Source: Vicugna vicugna (Eukaryota). Taken from it: a DNA stretch of 64,000 nt. Below the pieces are notes generated by a model. The model ran no database searches, was not told where the DNA came from, and worked only from the letters and a program-made list of their open reading frames with translations. The position numbers and the translations under genes are program-made. Below are positions 12,542-23,944 of this stretch, piece after piece. Within the stretch, counting starts at the first letter, position 1. Each line of letters begins with the position of its first letter. The DNA lies in the NCBI GenBank assembly GCA_013265495.1, contig MU058824.1:1267111-1331110 (forward strand). Reading direction: 5' to 3'.

Positions 12542-13689
12542 CTGCAGAGAGAAAAAGTTCCCACAATCTGATTTCACCTGCCACTCTCCAAGGACAGCCA
12601 TGCCACTGAAAGTCTTCCCATATTCTGTGGTCCCGTAACTGCTGCCAGCTTTCCTTCTGGCCTTTCCGCCCACTCCCCTCTACAGCTGCCCTCCTCCCTC
12701 TCCCCCTCCCAGCTGTGCGGCCAACACGCCACCAGTCCTCAGACACAGGACACTCTCACAACCCTGTAGCCTCTTTTCCTGCCTTTCAAATCCCTACTCA
12801 TCCTTCAAGGCCCCATTCCATGGTCCCCTCCTCCACGAAGCCCCCCACCCAACCCCATTTTCAGACAGACTTCTCTCTCCTTCTCCGTTCCCACCAGCCT
12901 CTGTGGACTTCTGGTTTTGGCAGTAGGACCACCTGACTTGAAGCTCAGTCGTGTATGTCTGTCAGTCCCTCTAGACTAGGACTCCTTCAGGGCTGGCCCA
13001 ATCCCGAGACACCTCTGGGCGCCCAGTGTCAGCATGAGATCTGGCATCGAGAAGGCACTCAGCATGTACTTGTTGAATGTCATCAAATTCCTCCCAGGAG
13101 CAAAAGGGAATTTACAGAACACCTTTAGTGGTACTTAATTCCTGAAGACGGGAACCAGGCGAGGCCTAATTCAATCACTGAACAAGGAGGAGCTGGGTTA
13201 GGGGTTAGAGCTGAGTTTAGGAAGGTGGCGGTGGTGTGTGTGTGGGGGTGGGAGGAGGGAAGTGGTGATATGGAGATGGGGAGACCAGCTAGGAGGCTGA
13301 TGCCACCGTCCGAGGGCTGAGGAGGTGCTGCACAGCTAGACTGGGTGCTTGGGGACTGACTGGATGGGAGAGGGGGAGGGGAGGCCTGCGGGGACGTTTC
13401 CTGGTTTCTCTCTTGGTGACCAGAAGATGGGGTTCATTCCCAGAGCAGGGAACCCTGAGGGGAGAGCAGGTCTGCGGGCAGGATGACGAGTCCATCTTGG
13501 GACCTGGGGCCTTTTAGGGCACAAGATATGAACTGGTGTAAATAGATTCTGCTCCTGGGCTCCCTGAGAGAGCCCTGAGGTCTGACTGGAAGGCACGTGG
13601 GGGCTGACAGGAAGGGTCCGCCTGTGGCTTTTTGCTGCATTCCTGGCCCCTGCACACTGTGCATGTGACGAGCCCAGGGCGAATCTCAC

Positions 13690-13749
13690 CGTGGGTCCAG
13701 CAGGCCCAGCAGATCCAGGGAGACCAGGAAGCCCCTCCTCAGCTTCACC
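13690..13749 (-). CDS. COL15A1: COL15A1 exon orthologous to human exon 13 (60 bp)
   Basis: ttctctttag|GGT...ACG|gtgaga; GEAEEGLPGLPGSAGPAGPT, phase 0/0. Confidence 0.85.
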
Positions 13750-14359
13750 CTAAAGAGAACCAGGTATCAGTGGAGTGCTGGACACCCCTTCCCACTGTGC
13801 CCTCTTCTCTCTCCAGAAACTGTGCTCACCCTAAGATAAGGCTTATGCAGGAGTTCCATATACTAATTTGTTGAGCGTGTACTATATGGAAGGTAAAGTT
13901 TTCCTTGTATTAACTCATTTAATCCTCACCACAACCCGGAGAAAAGGTCCTGTGATCCCCATCTTATGCATGAATAAACAGAGAGGGGTGGGGCAGAGCC
14001 AGGTGTGATGCCCCGCTCACCCGCTGCCTTGGGTGACTCTGAGATTCAAAATGATCCTGAAGATACTCCACAGCGAGCGCTCCCTTGACTCTCCTTATTG
14101 TGCTTTTAAAACTATTTGCTCAGGAATCGGGGCATTCATTTCAATTTGTGTCAGATTCCTGACCCAGGCACACAGGGTGACCTGTCTCCATCAGGGACGT
14201 GCTGCGCATACATCTCTCCCTTTCTCCGCGCCTCCCCTCCTTTTTCCTTAGAGCTTTTAAAAAATCTTATTGGAAAAGTCAGAAGCCCTCTTGGGTGGAA
14301 ACACTACCGTGTGTTAGGAACCTATCAACCCGCACCTTTCTACCACTTGAAGGCCACAA

Positions 14360-15345
14360 CTGCTGACATTTAGGGAGGGTAGTCCTTCCAGGGTGTCTAC
14401 GTGTATCTATTTTTAAACCATTAAGACCACACAGTATACTCATGCTCACAACCAGCTTTTTTCACTTAATATTATGTGGCATTTTCCTCCATCACTAACT
14501 ACTCCTAATAAGTATAATTTTAACAGCTGCATAAAGTTCCATTATTTGAACATCCTTTAATTCAATTAACCCCCCTACCATTGGCTAGTTAAACTCTGTC
14601 CAGTTTTTTTCCATTATGGACAATACTGAGATTAACCTCCATGTACATGAAGCCTTTTTACATATCAGACTGTCTCCTTTAGGGTCGATTCCTAGAACGG
14701 AAGTGCCTGGGTCAACATTATGCAATTTTATGGTGTTACTATGTGTCGACAAAGAATTTCTCAATTCCCACCAGCCCAGCTGGTCTCACTGGGCCCTCAC
14801 CAAGTGCCAACTTCTCAAAGCAGAAAATATAAAGCATCTAAGGACAACTGGTCCAGTTTCCCCAACAAATCAATGGCAAAAAGGAAAAAGTAGGTGGGAG
14901 ACAATCACAGACTAAAAGAGACTTAAGAAACACATCAACCAAGCCCAGCGCAGACCTTGTTTGGATTCAAATTCAAACTGTCAAAAGGCATTTTTAAACA
15001 GCTAGAGTATTAGAAAACACGAAGGAGCCATTGTTAATTTTGTTAAGTGGATAATGACATCCCTTATTACCACTAATGGATGACACTGTGGCTAAGGAAA
15101 AAAGAGGTCCCAGATCAACCTATTACCGATACGCATTAAAGTATTTCTGAGTTAAATGGTATCTCTGGGATTTGCCTTAAAATACTCCAGCCTTCCCCTT
15201 CCCTCCACCCCAAAAAATGGCCATAGGAGGTGGAACAGCTGGCATAATGTGGATAATTGCTCACGCTGAGTGATGGGTATGTGGGGGGTTATTATAGTAT
15301 TCTAAGTCCTTTTGTGAATATTTAGAGTTTCTATAATAAACAGTT
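14360..15345. mobile_element. Adjacent old L1M remnants (minus-strand piece about 14360-14775, plus-strand 3'UTR piece about 14830-15345)
   Basis: ttcacttaatattatgtggcattttcc / gattcctagaacggaagtgcctgggtca, and aaaagagacttaagaaacacatcaaccaa...gatgggtatgtggggggttattatagtattct. Confidence 0.6.
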
Positions 15346-17137
15346 TTTTTTTTTTAAGAAAAAGGAAAACAAGAACTGGCTCTGTGCAAAGGCACACGGC
15401 CAGCCAGTTCTGCTGCACCTGACGTGGCATCACCGCGGGGAGATGCGGTCTTGGTGTTTGTGTGTCCCCTGGGGTGAGGAGCAGAAGAGCAGGGGGACTT
15501 TGTTTAGGGAGTCACAGTGAAGGAGCCGGGGGCCGCAGGCATCACAGCCAGCCTGGTGGGGGCCACATAAGTTGCCCAGTAGAGGCTCCTCTGAGCAGGA
15601 GCCCTGGGACACTAGGGGCTCCTTACTTGGTCTGGCAGTGCACTCAGACACCTGCAGTGACCTAAGCTGCCAGGTGTCTCTAAGATGCAGAGAGGGTTAA
15701 AGCCCAGAGTTCTTGCTCACCCCCTCCTTTTATAGATGGCAACATGGAGACTCACCACGAGTCAGAACCTCAGCCTCCTGGCTCCCAGCCTGGGGCCGCC
15801 CCAGGGCATGAGCTCGCTGCAGGCCAGCTTACCCAGGTTCAAATCCCGGCCCTGCTCTTAAAGGCCTGCCACAGCAGGCACGTTTCTTTCCCTGAGTCTC
15901 ACTCCTCTCACCTGGAAAATAGAGATGGCACACCTCGTACGAGGGTGGAGAGGTACACAGAATCAGATCAACTTGGAACCCAGAGTGCTTAATAAATGTC
16001 AGTGCAAATGGCTTATTTCCTGCCCCTTGACTGTGAATTCCTTGGGGATAGGAACGAGGTCAAATTCACCCCAATGCTGAGTGTCTGGACCGAGGGCCCT
16101 GAGTTGCTGTGCACTGAGTCAGTGAGCACGTCAGTGAGTGAACGAGCAATTCTCAATAAAGGGGCAGTCACAGGGATTGGCGACCAAGGGGCCAGTGGAG
16201 CAGTGGGTCTTCAGGACTCCCAGTGGGCTCTCGGATGTCCCTCCCACAGCCCCTCCTGTCCCAGGTCAGCCCTGAGCTCTGTGGCAGAGGGACAACATGA
16301 CTATAGTGTGAGTCAAGGCTCTGAAAGCATGTGTGACCAAGGGCTACTCGGGGAACTGGCTGGCCCAAGCTGGTCACCAATGGAATACTTTCCCTTAAAA
16401 ATATTGACATTTGAAGGGCAATTTAATTCCCCAATTGACACGAGCCCACGCTAAGGGCCAGCTCTGGGTTTCCCATTTCTAAGGGACAAAGTTACAGCCC
16501 TTAAGTGGCGACAACCTCCCACATGTGTACAGAGCTTTCCAAACATTCCCTGACCTGCATTCTGACTTGACTTCACAACCACCCTCTTCTACAGATGAGG
16601 AAGGAAACTGAGGCCCAAAGAAAAGGATTTGCATGAGGTCCTACAGTTACAGTCCAGAATCACAGAAACTCACATTTGAAGGGAATCGAATACCTTCACC
16701 CCAGCCCCCCTCAACATACACACACACCTTTGATACTTCTATTTCCTCCACAGTCCCTGCCAAGTCTTACAAGCCTTCCCACCTCCAGGATGGGACTCTC
16801 GTGACATTTGAGATGGGGCCTCTGTATCTTTGGGCAGCTCTGCCTGTTAGAAAGTTCTCATTTCAATGGAAGAAGTGGGCAATGTGGGACACAAAGCCAG
16901 GTGCCCTAGATTTTCACCTCTTGCTTTTTCCTCTACCATCTGTAGCTTCCTTATGTGTTCCCAGATTGGAAGACCCTCAAATGCCCAAATTCCACACTTT
17001 GCAAACCAAAATGAAAACCCACCCCTGAGAGAGCCAGGGGCAGGCCCCTCCCACAACTCTGACCTTTCTTTCTCCCCTCTGTAAGACTGGCCAAGTCAAA
17101 TCTTCACTCCTCTTTAGGAAGTGAAATCTTTGCTTAC

Positions 17138-17278
17138 CAGAGGGACCCCCCTTTCAGGAGCCACCGTGGGTACGGGGAGCGGGGGCCCCTCCGGGGGGGC
17201 GCCGCCCAGCTCTTCTGCCCCAGATGCCGTAAAGGGCTCCTCGGTTGCCACTGCTACTGAGTCTTCATCGCCAGGACC
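17138..17278 (-). CDS. COL15A1: COL15A1 exon 11 (141 bp), acidic repeat unit 4
   Basis: gcttctcag|GGT...CTG|gtaagc; GPGDEDSVAVATEEPFTASGAEELGGAPPEGPPLPVPTVAPERGVPL. Confidence 0.94.
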
Positions 17279-17806
17279 CTGAGAAGCCAAACCAACACGG
17301 GGAATCACGTCACCTCACCCACGATGCAATGTGCGCATGGCTGCCGGGGAGTTTTGTTGACTGTCCTTCCAGGTGCTTCCTTGGTGCTAGGCCAATTTCA
17401 AAGCACTTTCCTACCTACAACTGTCATTACCCTTTACTGCCAACACATTCAGAGAAGCACAGGCTCATAATCTTCTTCTGAAACGTGTCTCCTCTAAGCC
17501 CCCTTCCCAGTAAGAGGCGCTCACTGCCTCTCCCTCCAGCAACCCATCTAACTTTGGGCCACATTCTGAGAAAGTGCTCCCTGGAGAAGCTGGGGTGGCA
17601 GGGTCGGGACACAGCCTGCTCCCCTGACCCCTGTGCCATGCTCCTTCAATTACACTCGGCCACCCTCTGGTTGGTGCTGACCCAGTTATCCGTTTTAGCG
17701 AAGCTGCACGTGCATTTGGCTCTGGGAAGCCTGGAAACTGCTCCTGTCTCAGGACCCTGACCTCTCTCCCTGCTGTGAGCCAGAGAGGATGCCAGGAGGC
17801 ACTTAC

Positions 17807-17956
17807 AGAAGTGATCACTTGCTCGGGGGCCGCTGTGGGTGTGAGGGGAGCCAGGCCATCGGTGGGGACCCCGCTGGCCTCCTCTTCCTCAAAGGTGCTG
17901 AGGGGCACTTCTGCTGCAGCTGCTGCTGTAGTCAAACCTCCTTCACTGATTGGACT
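17807..17956 (-). CDS. COL15A1: COL15A1 exon 10 (150 bp), acidic repeat unit 3
   Basis: tttcgtttcag|AGT...TCT|gtaagt; SPISEGGLTTAAAAAEVPLSTFEEEEASGVPTDGLAPLTPTAAPEQVITS. Confidence 0.94.
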
Positions 17957-20004
17957 CTGAAACGAAACTGGAGTAAGGGATCATGCCACTTCGTCCACAC
18001 CCCTGGTTGGCGGGTGTGTGACTACAGGGAGGACACCGCCGAGGCTGTCACATAAACACAGGGCCACAGTGCATCTACGACCTTGCCTTAGCCCACAGAA
18101 CCCCAGAACTCCAGGTCAGAAGGCCCCTCCCAGGTCACCCCCTCCTGCCCCAGTAGGAGTCCCCAGCACACCTCTGCCAAGTGCCTTCTCCCAGCCCGCG
18201 CACCCTCAGTCACGGGAGCTCCCCTCCTCCACAGGAAGCCCTTCTCTTTCCAGACAGCTCTGCTAGTTAAGCTCTAGTTTCTGCTGAGGAAGGGCTCAGT
18301 AGAACTGGGAACTGCTCCCTAGTTTTCTTACCTGTGACAAAGGACTTGCCCTTAAAGAAAAAGGAAAGGGGAGGAGGATGGGATGAGGGATGAAGGAGAA
18401 GCAACAGAAGAGGAGGAAGGAGGAGAAGGTGGTGGTGATGACGATTTGTTAATTAAAATAATCCATGTAACGGCCAAGTGGCCTGGAGAGCTCGTCACCT
18501 GGCCAGGGCACGTGATCCCCAGCGTCAAGTTTCCCTGCATGGACGCCAGACCCGGGGTGAAGGCTGGAGGAAAGTGCGGAATGACTCAAAGGCCAGTGTT
18601 GATACGGGATAGCCTGACGACCCCGCACTCACTCAACAAACAACTGCTGAGGCCCCAACCTCTGCAGGAATGAAGACAGACCACTGAGCAAGACGAACAC
18701 GATCCCTGGCCTCTCAGAGCCTGCAGCCTGGTAGGGAGCCGGAAATGAACTATTTTATTTAGTGAAAAAGTTCATTCTTAATTATAATTACGATAAGGCC
18801 TTCCAAGGAGAAATTTGGGGTGCCATGAGTGTGTCTGATGGGGAGACTTCACAGCCTGGGAGGCACCTCCCAGATGAAGTGGGGGTTGAGCAGAACTCTG
18901 AAGGATAAGCAGGAATTAAAGGAGGGGAGGGAGGTTCCAGAGAGAGGAGAGAGAATGGGAAGATTCTAAGCCAGGAAGGAGAGTGGCGTGTTCAAGAAAC
19001 TGAAAAGAGGCCAGTGAGGCTGGAGCACCCAGAGCAGGGACAGTGGCCTGAGATGTGGTCCCCGAGGCTGGCAAGGCCGGACCCTGCAAGCCTTGGAGGC
19101 CAGGTTGGGGAGCAGCGTCTGCAGCATGGGCAATGGAAGGCCTCTCGCAGAGAGCTGCCCCCACCAGGAGGAGTCAGGGGAGAGGACAGAGGAGGCCAGG
19201 AGGGGCCTTAGCCATCACCTGGGCTAGGGACACGGTGGCTTGGTCCAGGCGGCTGGCACAGGAGGAGGATAGAAAGAGGCAGATCTGTGATGTGTTGAGG
19301 TGGGAAAATCAGCAAGACTTGACACATGATGGAATGTGGCAAGTAAGCAAGAGGGTGGAGAGTTCCAGATAAGGCCACTGGGGGACAATGGTCCTATCAT
19401 CTGAGACAGGAACGAACACAGGAGGGGTGGAGGTGAGTCTAGGTTTGAATCTGTTGAGTCTGAAGAACTTACAGGACATCCAGTATAATAATATTATAGG
19501 ACAGACTTACAAAGTGTCCTGGAATAATCACGTCCTGCCTTCAGGAGTTGGAAACAGTGTCCCCATGGTGCCTAAGGAGAGCGCTGAGAAGGCCTGGCCA
19601 TGCCCTGGGACCCTGCCAGGCCTGCTGCACCCTGCCCCTCCATTGCCCTCTGACCACTTGCGCTTGTGCCCAGAAATGGGCCAGGCTGTGCCCTGCATCA
19701 CCTCCTCCACTCACACCCTGGCTCCTGACCCCTGTATCAGCCCTGGACTCACCCCTACCTCACTGACTCACCCATCTCCCTACTGGGCCACTATCAGCCT
19801 GTGCAGTCCCATGCCTCCAGGGGCCACAGCACGTTCACCCAGGCACTGGCAAACTCCATATCTGAGGGAGTATTTGGTCAGAGGTGCACCCTCCCCACTC
19901 TGGTTCCTCTGGATTTGCTGAACAGAACAGAGATGGGCCCACTGAGAAGGTCAGGACCTGCTCCCAGCCCTGAACTCAACCTTCCAGCACTTTACACCCC
20001 TTAC

Positions 20005-20157
20005 CAGAGTGACCCCTTCCCCAGGGTCCTGGATGGACATGGAGAGGGTCAGTCCTCTGATAGGCTCACTGCTGGCCTCTGCTTCCCCGGCACTGCTGAT
20101 GGGCACCTCGGCCTCCCCGGCCACTGTCGCTGCTGAACCTTCTTCATCATCTGGACC
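20005..20157 (-). CDS. COL15A1: COL15A1 exon 9 (153 bp), acidic repeat unit 2
   Basis: cctattcag|GGT...CTG|gtaagg; GPDDEEGSAATVAGEAEVPISSAGEAEASSEPIRGLTLSMSIQDPGEGVTL. Confidence 0.92.
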
Positions 20158-21425
20158 CTGAATAGGAAGACATCACAAGGGCCCCCGTCCATGATCCACT
20201 GTGCTGTGACTGGAGGGAGGGGACTGCAGGGCGCCTCCTGCACCTGCATCCTGTCACTCTTGTGCCTTCAGAGCACTTGCCCACCCACAGCCTCACCTTA
20301 CACCATTGCCCCGAATGTGTTCCCACGTGGAAGACTGGACCTTGCATACAGCCCAAGGTGTGAGCCCCAAGGCCAGCATGCACCTGTGTGGTTCACCCCG
20401 CACCCCTGCCAACGTTAGTGACTCGGCGCTCACTGTCCCCACCATCCTCCTTCCATGACTCCCGAGAGTGCAGCTTCCACTGAGCACCCAGGTCGTGGTG
20501 CTGGGACAAAACCCAGGTCCTGGAATGCAGAGCTTCCTTGGTGATGGGGTTGGCTAGCCTCAGAGACACTCCTGAACCTCTCTCTCCTAGCTTAATGCCC
20601 TCTGCCTTGCACCCCTCCCACATTCTTAAAACTGACCTCCCCGAGGTCACTAGTTGTCACGGGGACAGATCCAAAGGAAGCTTTCCAGGCCCTTACTCAC
20701 CGGGACTCTTGTAGGATCTGAAATCGCTGGCCACTCCCAGGGCAAGTCAATACCTCCCCCTGCCTAGATGGAGACACGGCCTCCGAACCTACCCCCCTGC
20801 CTCCAGTTTCCTTCCCCCATCCTCCCCCTACTCAGGATTTCAGTCATCTTTCCAAAATCCTACTCAGATTACATCACTCCCTTCTTTAATACCCTTCAGT
20901 GACTCCGCATTCCTGCTGGATACTCGGCTCCTTCTCCCTGCGCCCACAGTCTCGGAGGCCCCGCAGGCATGCTGCACGTCTTTAGGACTTTGTATTTTCT
21001 CACTGATGCCTCCAGGCCTTTCTCCAGCTGGCCCACCTCTGAGGACACCGTCTCACTCCCGGCTGCCAGGCTACTTCTAAGCATCCCCCTGGTCTCTCCC
21101 TTGGCATCCTTTCCCTAGGAAGTCTTCCTGGTCCCCCAGATCTGGGTTCTGGGCCCCTTCTGGTGCTCCCCTGTGCTCTCCTATTGCACCGCCTGCCTCT
21201 CTGTCCCCAGGAACTGGGTCCATCCTGTTCACCTGGTGCCCAGTGCAGCACGGCACTCCACTAACATCTGCTGAGTGAGTCAAAAGATGCCTCGGTCTCC
21301 AAATCAGTGTCCATTTGGACTTGGCTGTCACTCTGCACTTTGCAGACAGATGAGGAAGCCCAGTGGCTGCTCCCACCCAGACTCCAGAAACAGGTGAAGC
21401 ATAGCATGCACTCTGAGCTGCTTAC

Positions 21426-21572
21426 CAGAGTGACCCCTTCCCCGGGGTCCTCGGTGGATGTGGAGAGCTTCGGTCCCCCGGTGGGCACAATGTCGACCTC
21501 TGCTTCCCTGGCAGTGCTGATGGGCACCTCGGCTGCTGCTGTTGCTGTTAAACCTTCTTCCGTAGGTGAGCC
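21426..21572 (-). CDS. COL15A1: COL15A1 exon 8 (147 bp), acidic repeat unit 1
   Basis: tttgttcccag|GGC...CTG|gtaagc; GSPTEEGLTATAAAEVPISTAREAEVDIVPTGGPKLSTSTEDPGEGVTL. Confidence 0.9.
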
Positions 21573-23834
21573 CTGGGAACAAAGGCATCACTTAGGACCT
21601 CATCACTTGCCCATGGCCCTGATCCACGCACCTGTGGCTGGAGGGAACAGACTGCCCGTACCCCTCCAGCACCTTGCATTTCTGTAGCTTCATTTCCTCA
21701 AAGCACTTTCTTATCTTTGACGTTACTCCAGCTCCACACAGTCCCAGAATCCCTGTGGCAGGAGGGACTGCAAAGCACCTGTGTCTCCTGTTTGATTCCA
21801 AGCATCTATTTGCCACATCAATGACTGGAAAATCACTGCCTCCTGAGATACCTGCTCCAGTGCTGGACACTTCTGTCTAGACCTGTCTGTGTTCCTGTGA
21901 CCTCCCCTATGTGTCCAGGAGCCATAAGGATAGGATGAATGTCCTCATCCATGACGGCGCTTCAGAGATGCCCAGGTATCAGCCTCGTCCTCAGCCTTCT
22001 CCAGACCAGTCACCCCTCTCTTTCCCTGTGACTCCATTTCCTTGGGAAATGCACAGGCAGACTCTATGACAGTTGCACAGCAGATGTAGCACATGGCAAC
22101 GGAGAGCAGCTTTGGCTGCTGGTGTCACCAAACTATGTTTTATCTCAGTTTCACTCAGTTGCTTTATTTTTCCTTTTACTTTTGGGTGGGGTTTTGTTTT
22201 GTTGCAAAAAGTAGTTCCTTTGGATACTAAAAACACTAGCCTGGTCAAAGTTAGACAGACTTCTTTGTTGCAGGACTTCTCAGAGCCTGTATGAAGAAGA
22301 ATCTAGAGCAGATCATTTCCCAACCTTACGTGACCACAGAATCCTTTTTTTCATATAACGTATTAAATCCTTGCCAAACTATATTGTCCCAAAAAACAGA
22401 GAAAAGATGATGGCACAGGATTTTAAAATGATATTTTTTTCTGACTCAATGTCAGCTAAAGTTGCAAAGGGCGAGTACAATTCCACAGGCCTCGGGTACC
22501 CTGCATATTTTAAAAGGAGGAGGCAGACCACTCATGCAGGACATGCTAAGTGACAGTGCAACTGAATCAGTTCCACCAGCATTAGCCCATCACCGGCCTC
22601 TGGGCTACATAAGAACAGGTAACAAATTTGTTCAGGGGTTGAGTGATTAGGGTCAGAATTCCTTTGGAGAGAATTCTCAGTGTGCTGTGGCTTTTCCCCT
22701 CCCCTCTCCTCACTACAAACCATTTGGTGAGCTGGATATGGAGTCCTTCGACTTTGGGAGGCAAAGGGACTGGTGTTTAATTCCCTCTAGAGAAACACCA
22801 AAGGCAAGAGCAGGAAGCCTTCTAGACCCAGAGTGAAGGAGACAGAGAGGTGTCTGTCCTGCAGCTGTTTTCCTGGTGATAGAATGATATGACCCCTCCA
22901 AAGGGAGCCCGGTAAAGCCATCCCAGGGTGGACTCCACCCAAAGGGCCCCATAGAGAATCAGGGTGATCAGCAGAGGGTGGAAGCTTGGATCCTCAGTCT
23001 CCTGCAGGAGGACCTCTGAGAGTCACAGCAGAATGAGAGAATGTTCTAGCAATCAGATATCTTCTTGACCAGTCACATGTGCCCTTTCCTCCAGGTGGGC
23101 CAGACTCTGCAGTTGTTAGAAACAGCTGCTGGAGATGGGGGGTGGGGGGTCGTGATGGGAGGGAAGAGAGAGAAGCAAAAAAATGAGGAAATCCCTAACC
23201 ATGCTTCCTTCCCTGGCCGTCTCCTGGTTGTATTTCTATTGAATTCTTCATATTATAGTGGACTGGACTTTGGAAATATCTGTGAAAATAGGCTGCTACC
23301 ATATAGTGACTGGGAGAGTAGAGACGTGTCTGAGTTCTCATCCTAGGATAGGGAAGAGAATGAGCGGACACTGGGTTTTTAGCAGAGGCCAGAAGGGAGA
23401 ATCATACGCTGGCTTTAATTTGGCACCCTCCTGTGTCCAGCATTTAAACAACTGGCTTTGCAGGTGGAAAGCCAATTACCAAACAATAAAGCAGACATGC
23501 CTGCAGTTAATCTGATTCTGCCAAAGGGCAGAAGAGGCTGTGCATCTTCACAACAGGAAGGAGGAAAGTGCCCTGGTGAGGACCCAGCATTCATCTCTGG
23601 GCAGGTGTGAGGACCAGCTTGCGCTGCCTCTCCTCCCTGTCCTGGTGAATCCCCGGAGAGCCTCTGGGGCCCTGGGACTCCTGCTCCTCTGTACCAGCAG
23701 GAGGGAGACAGTCTCCATGATGTTCAACTAAAATCCTCGGGGCTCTCTACGTGGTGCCCGAGAAAAGTCACCGTCAAGTCTGAAATAAGCAAATGTACTA
23801 CAGACTTATCAAATGAAATGTACCATTCACTCAC

Positions 23835-23944
23835 CTCTTCAATGACATCAGGGAAGCCCCCGTCCCCCGAGCCAGTGTCTGTAACAGGGACACCATCCAC
23901 AGTATGCACTCTCTCCAGCGTGTCATTCAGGATCTCACCAGACC
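23835..23944 (-). CDS. COL15A1: COL15A1 exon 7 (110 bp)
   Basis: ttcctatag|GGTCT...GAG|gtgagt; (G)SGEILNDTLERVHTVDGVPVTDTGSGDGGFPDVIEE. Confidence 0.95.

Noticed and set aside
15627..15651. Candidate micro-exon ctgcag|GTGTCT...CCAA|gtaagg as a replacement exon 12
   Set aside because: 25 nt would shift the frame, the polypyrimidine tract is poor, and there is no Gly-X-Y content.
19805..19855. Possible decayed fifth copy of the exon 8-11 repeat unit
   Set aside because: Only scattered short matches to my recollection of human exon 9; no splice sites and no open frame.
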